The notes under the pieces were generated by a model. It searched no databases and was not told the origin of the DNA. It saw only the letters and a list, made by a program, of their open reading frames with translations. A stretch of 10,982 nt of DNA, taken from Azolla caroliniana (lineage: Eukaryota; Plantae; Polypodiophyta). The number at the start of each line of letters is the position of its first letter. The first letter of the stretch is position 1. The translations under genes were made by a program, and so were the position numbers. Below, in pieces: positions 8,030-10,982 of the stretch. The stretch lies in the NCBI GenBank assembly GCA_043228905.1, contig JBHGNT010001204.1, forward strand, positions 1 through 10,982. Direction: 5' to 3'.

Positions 8030-9314
8030 CTATATTCATGAACCCATAAAAGAAAATCAGACCATGGAATTGGAGCAAAATGTTATCATAAGGCTTATTC
8101 AACAAGGTTTTCCTGGGATTTTTCTTTATGCCTTTCCAAAAGAGGCCCTTCTTCCCTTATTTTTCCTTACACAAGATCCAAGGTAAAGTAAACAAAAAAC
8201 GAAACCACAGAAAATTTCAAATCAATAAGAAGAAAAAAGGGTTCCCCTTCTGGTGTCATCTATTAGTTTTCTTAAAATAGATTGTGTCTAAGTATTTTGA
8301 GCACTCTACTTTTAACACAATTCAAATCTGACTAACTCATACGATTTTTGTGAGTAATCCACGCTCCTCTGATGCTCATCTTTTGCAGCCCATTTCAGAT
8401 AAGCTAAAAATAATCGATTTCTCTCCTGAGCCCATTTTGGATAAGCTACAAAGACCTTTTCACTGTCTTCGAACAGAGCAATATGCTTAACTTTGATTTT
8501 TCTTCAATCCATTGCTCGGGTGAGCTAAACCCATACTTTATCCATCAGACTCTAGACTGCATCATGAGCTTCATGTCTATATGATCGCTTCACTTTTTCT
8601 TTTAATCAAAGTTCAATGAGACCTCCATAAGTTGCCATCTTTATGCTACATACATATTCATGCCCTTTATGTGTACCTGCCTTAATATATCGGCACCTTT
8701 ACCCTACATAATCTATGTCTCACCTACAGAATCCTATTACTCAGGATGTTTTCGTAGCTTGAAGAATCTCATCATGTTCTGATAAGTTGCAAAGCATGAA
8801 TTTATGGTGAAAAACAATCTCGAAATTGCCTTGTATATGCATGGACGTAGTGCATACAACCAAGACACACATATGTGTACATAGATACATACATACAATA
8901 ATTACATACACATACCTACATAGAAGCACTAGAAAAAAAATTAAAATGGAACGTGAGAGAGAGAGAGAGAGAGAGGGAGGGAGAGAGGAAAACACAAACC
9001 AGCCTTCAATGCAACCCTTGTCACGATCATCACGAGTTTGCGGGCGATCCTTGCGACCAAAGATAGACTTTTGGGGAGCTTTGATAGCAACAGGAGCTTG
9101 TGGTTGCTCTTGTTGCAAAGGGATAGGATAGCCTGCCCAAAATTCACATACCACATATCACATCTCTACCTATCTCTGTCTGTATGTATGTATCTGTGTG
9201 TGTGTGAGTGAGATTTTCATGTAAAGTTTGATCGATTCCTCTAAAGCAAAACATACCTAATGGAGGATAGCCAATAGTCCCCTGTTCTGCTGTTTGTGTC
9301 TGTGCTTTCTCCAT
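7981..9314 (-). CDS. CYSTM: CYSTM (cysteine-rich transmembrane module) family protein, 79 aa, 3 exons: join complement(9257..9314, 9000..9132, 7981..8029)
   Basis: Manual splicing gives 58+133+49 = 240 nt in frame: MEKAQTQTAEQGTIGYPPLGYPIPLQQEQPQAPVAIKAPQKSIFGRKDRPQTRDDRDKGCIEGCLAALCCCCVLEECCG*. The GYPP/Pro-Gln-rich N-terminus and the C-terminal KGCIEGCLAALCCCCVLEECC match the CYSTM family signature (WIH/PCC1/PCM-like). Both introns are GT..AG. The symbol is the family name, not an ortholog assignment. Confidence 0.92.
8387..8452. repeat. Imperfect 24-bp direct repeat (42-bp spacing) in CYSTM intron 2
   Basis: agcccatttcagataagctaaaaa (8387-8410) / agcccattttggataagctacaaa (8429-8452). Confidence 0.7.
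8955..8988. repeat. (GA)n microsatellite at the 5' end of CYSTM intron 2
   Basis: gagagagagagagagagagagggagggagagagg. Confidence 0.9.
9000..9132 (-). CDS. CYSTM: CYSTM coding exon 2 (G-YPIPLQQEQPQAP...DKGCIEG-C)
   Basis: Acceptor ttttgggcAG| ending at 9133; donor TG|GTTTGT at 8999. It lies inside track ORF 8741..9154(-). Confidence 0.92.
9133..9256 (-). other. CYSTM intron 1 (124 nt, GT-AG, phase 1)
   Basis: GTATGT..GCAG boundaries; contains simple repeats. Confidence 0.85.
9257..9314 (-). CDS. CYSTM: CYSTM coding exon 1 (MEKAQTQTAEQGTIGYPPL-G)
   Basis: ATG at 9314-9312 in aagATGG context; donor AG|GTATGT at 9256; phase 1 matches the exon 2 acceptor. Confidence 0.85.
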
Positions 9315-9351
9315 CTTTCTCCTTCTTTCTCCTTCCTTCTCTTGCTTGTAT

Positions 9352-9376
9352 TTCTTCTTCTTCTTCTTCTTCTTCT
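9352..9376. repeat. (TTC)n/(GAA)n trinucleotide microsatellite in the CYSTM 5' leader
   Basis: About 8 TTC units. Confidence 0.9.
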
Positions 9377-9395
9377 AAGCCATGCTTTTGCTAAG

Positions 9396-9405
9396 AATAT
9401 ATAGA
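9396..9405 (-). promoter_or_regulatory. TATA box of the CYSTM gene (TCTATATATT)
   Basis: Plant TATA-like motif ~85 nt upstream of the ATG, followed by an (AAG)n purine-rich leader. Confidence 0.6.
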
Positions 9406-9428
9406 TCCTAAAAGTAGAGGCAAGGGGA

Positions 9429-9548
9429 AAGAAACAGAGTAAATTGCTTTTTGGGACCAAGAAACAGAGTAAAATGCTTTTGGGGAAAAAACAAAGTAAA
9501 AAGTTTTGTTCCCATTAAGAGCAAAAAAACAGAGGGTAAATTACTTTG
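9429..9548. repeat. ~30-bp degenerate tandem repeat with core AAACAGAGTAAA (2 strong + 2 weaker copies)
   Basis: aagaaacagagtaaattgctttttgggacc / aagaaacagagtaaaatgcttttggggaaa / aaacaaagtaaaaagttttg / aaacagagggtaaattactttg. Confidence 0.8.
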
Positions 9549-9553
9549 AGAGC

Positions 9554-9617
<64 letters not shown>
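9554..9617. repeat. Compound microsatellite (CT)n(CA)n(CT)n
   Basis: Directly visible. Confidence 0.95.
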
Positions 9618-9621
<4 letters not shown>

Positions 9622-9701
9622 CCCATGTGGATTGTTGTGGGTTGTATTTTGTTGTATGTTGTATGTGTCTCTTTGCATAGTATAAACTTGTAGGTTTCGG
9701 C

Positions 9702-9803
9702 TTGACCCATTCGAACCCACATACCATTAAATGTCTACAAACTCTGTACGCGTTTTTGTGTTTTAAAAAAACCACGCATGACTTCTCTCCTCACGTCAGT
9801 CAA
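9702..9803 (-). promoter_or_regulatory. Cluster of stress/defence cis-motifs upstream of CYSTM: W-box TTGACC (9702-9707, + strand), CGCG box ACGCGT (9748-9753), TGACGT (9793-9798) overlapping W-box TTGACT (9798-9803)
   Basis: Motifs read directly from the sequence, 390-490 nt upstream of the ATG. Function is inferred; the motifs are short. Confidence 0.45.
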
Positions 9804-10982
9804 CGAAGACCCTTTCCACATAAAAACCAAAGCCATTGAATAACTTGGGTGTCTCACACTTTTTTTTCCTCAGTCTCTCGATCAATCTCACACCTTTCTA
9901 TACTTTCTTGATGGTTCACATGGTTTATGTGTCAGTTTCTCTTCTAGAATAACCTTTAAGTCTAACCCCCCTTTCTTAATCACCTTACGACTCATCATTA
10001 CCCTTGATTTCGAGCATTCGATAAGATCTACCAAAAACTTTTAATAATACGCATAATTGTTCTCAGAGTCTTGAGAAATTAGAATAGCACGAAAAAAACT
10101 TAAAAATACATTTCCAACAAACAATATTCGAGAAGGGTGTAAAGAACACAAGTGTATATTATAATACCCAGTAAATATTGAGCTTCGTGATGTAAATCTT
10201 TTCCCAAGCATAAATTGTGTGTGAATAATGTGTGAGTGAGCAAGCCAGCCTTTACAATCTTGCACATGTTGTTGATGCTTCACAACATTCACACTTGCGT
10301 ATGGAGGATGAGTTTTAGAAAGTATTTCATATCAAGGAACATGCTACAACTATAAGCATTTTACTAAAGCCTTGTCATAATGGGTAATTGCGCACACAAT
10401 CACAAAAGATATTTCAAAGTCTTGTTTCTAGATTTGATGCTTGCTCAAAAACATAATGAAACTCTAAAAGCTCAAACACATTCAACATATCATCATGATC
10501 TTTGCGATTCTTTTGTTGAATGGAAGGTAAAAATTACAACAAAAGATTACAAAACATACTTTTATTTATTTATCATGATTTATTAATAGCCAGGTGAGTA
10601 AAAGAATGCAGCGAATCAACTTTCACCATGCCCTGTTGTAGTTGTTATTTTGGCTATTCATTTGGGGGTTAAAGTCACGCATGCAACCTCATATAAAACT
10701 TATCATGATTATGTCCTCCTTGAATCATCACGATTTTTTATTCTTGAATAAACTAACAAGACTTGTAAGCAGGTTATGCTTTTACAATGTTTAGTGCACT
10801 AAATCAAAATGTGAAGCCATTGTCTTTATACTTACATCATACAGGAGAATTTAGACATACTTGACAATCCAAGTTAGCAAAAAGTGTTTAGTTTATGAGA
10901 TTTCTTGAAATAATCCAATAGTGAGGTGTTGGCTTCAAGTTTATAGCAATGGGTTTTGCATTGTGTTGCTGCAATAAGTCTT

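Larger units (their letters stand above)
8030..8999 (-). other. CYSTM intron 2 (970 nt, GT-AG, phase 2)
   Basis: GTTTGT..ATAG boundaries; a (CT)n tract follows the donor; removing it rejoins the GCIEG-C-LAALCCCC motif. Confidence 0.88.

Noticed and set aside
8741-9154. 137-aa minus-strand ORF as a standalone gene
   Set aside because: Only 9000-9132 is coding (CYSTM exon 2); the rest is read-through into introns and microsatellites.
1153-9314. Functional link between the PPR and CYSTM genes
   Set aside because: They are convergent neighbours ~2.9 kb apart with unrelated known roles; adjacency alone is not evidence in a plant genome.
9429-9548. CRISPR-like reading of the ~30-bp repeats
   Set aside because: Units are tandem and degenerate with no unique spacers, and the context is eukaryotic.
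8826-9775. ORFs 8826..9131+, 8941..9156-, 9257..9460-, 9408..9722-, 9563..9775-
   Set aside because: Their low-complexity content (ERER, RRRR, CVCV) comes from microsatellites or from alternative frames of CYSTM exons.
10041-10982. Short ORFs, stop-interrupted frames and a 14-bp palindrome (tttagtgcactaaa, 10790-10803)
   Set aside because: No identifiable domain; compatible with decayed repeat or random AT-rich sequence.

Overview
AT-rich eukaryotic nuclear DNA from a land plant, probably a fern or other seed-free plant (inferred from the PPR style, not established). It holds two convergent genes. (1) + strand, 1153-5061: an intronless ~1302-aa PLS-class pentatricopeptide-repeat (PPR) protein with a Ser-rich transit-peptide-like N-terminus and about 32 motifs. 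It ends within E2 and has no DYW domain. Seven consecutive L motifs carry 9-16 aa insertions. (2) - strand, 9314-7981: a three-exon, 79-aa CYSTM (cysteine-rich transmembrane module) gene that the ORF track does not assemble. It has canonical GT-AG introns, a TATA box and a cluster of W-box/TGACG/CGCG motifs upstream. The rest is non-coding, with microsatellites, short tandem duplications and a CpG-rich patch upstream of the PPR gene. I see no clearly new multi-gene system. The best novelty candidates are the insertion-bearing PPR architecture and its unusual start-codon context.
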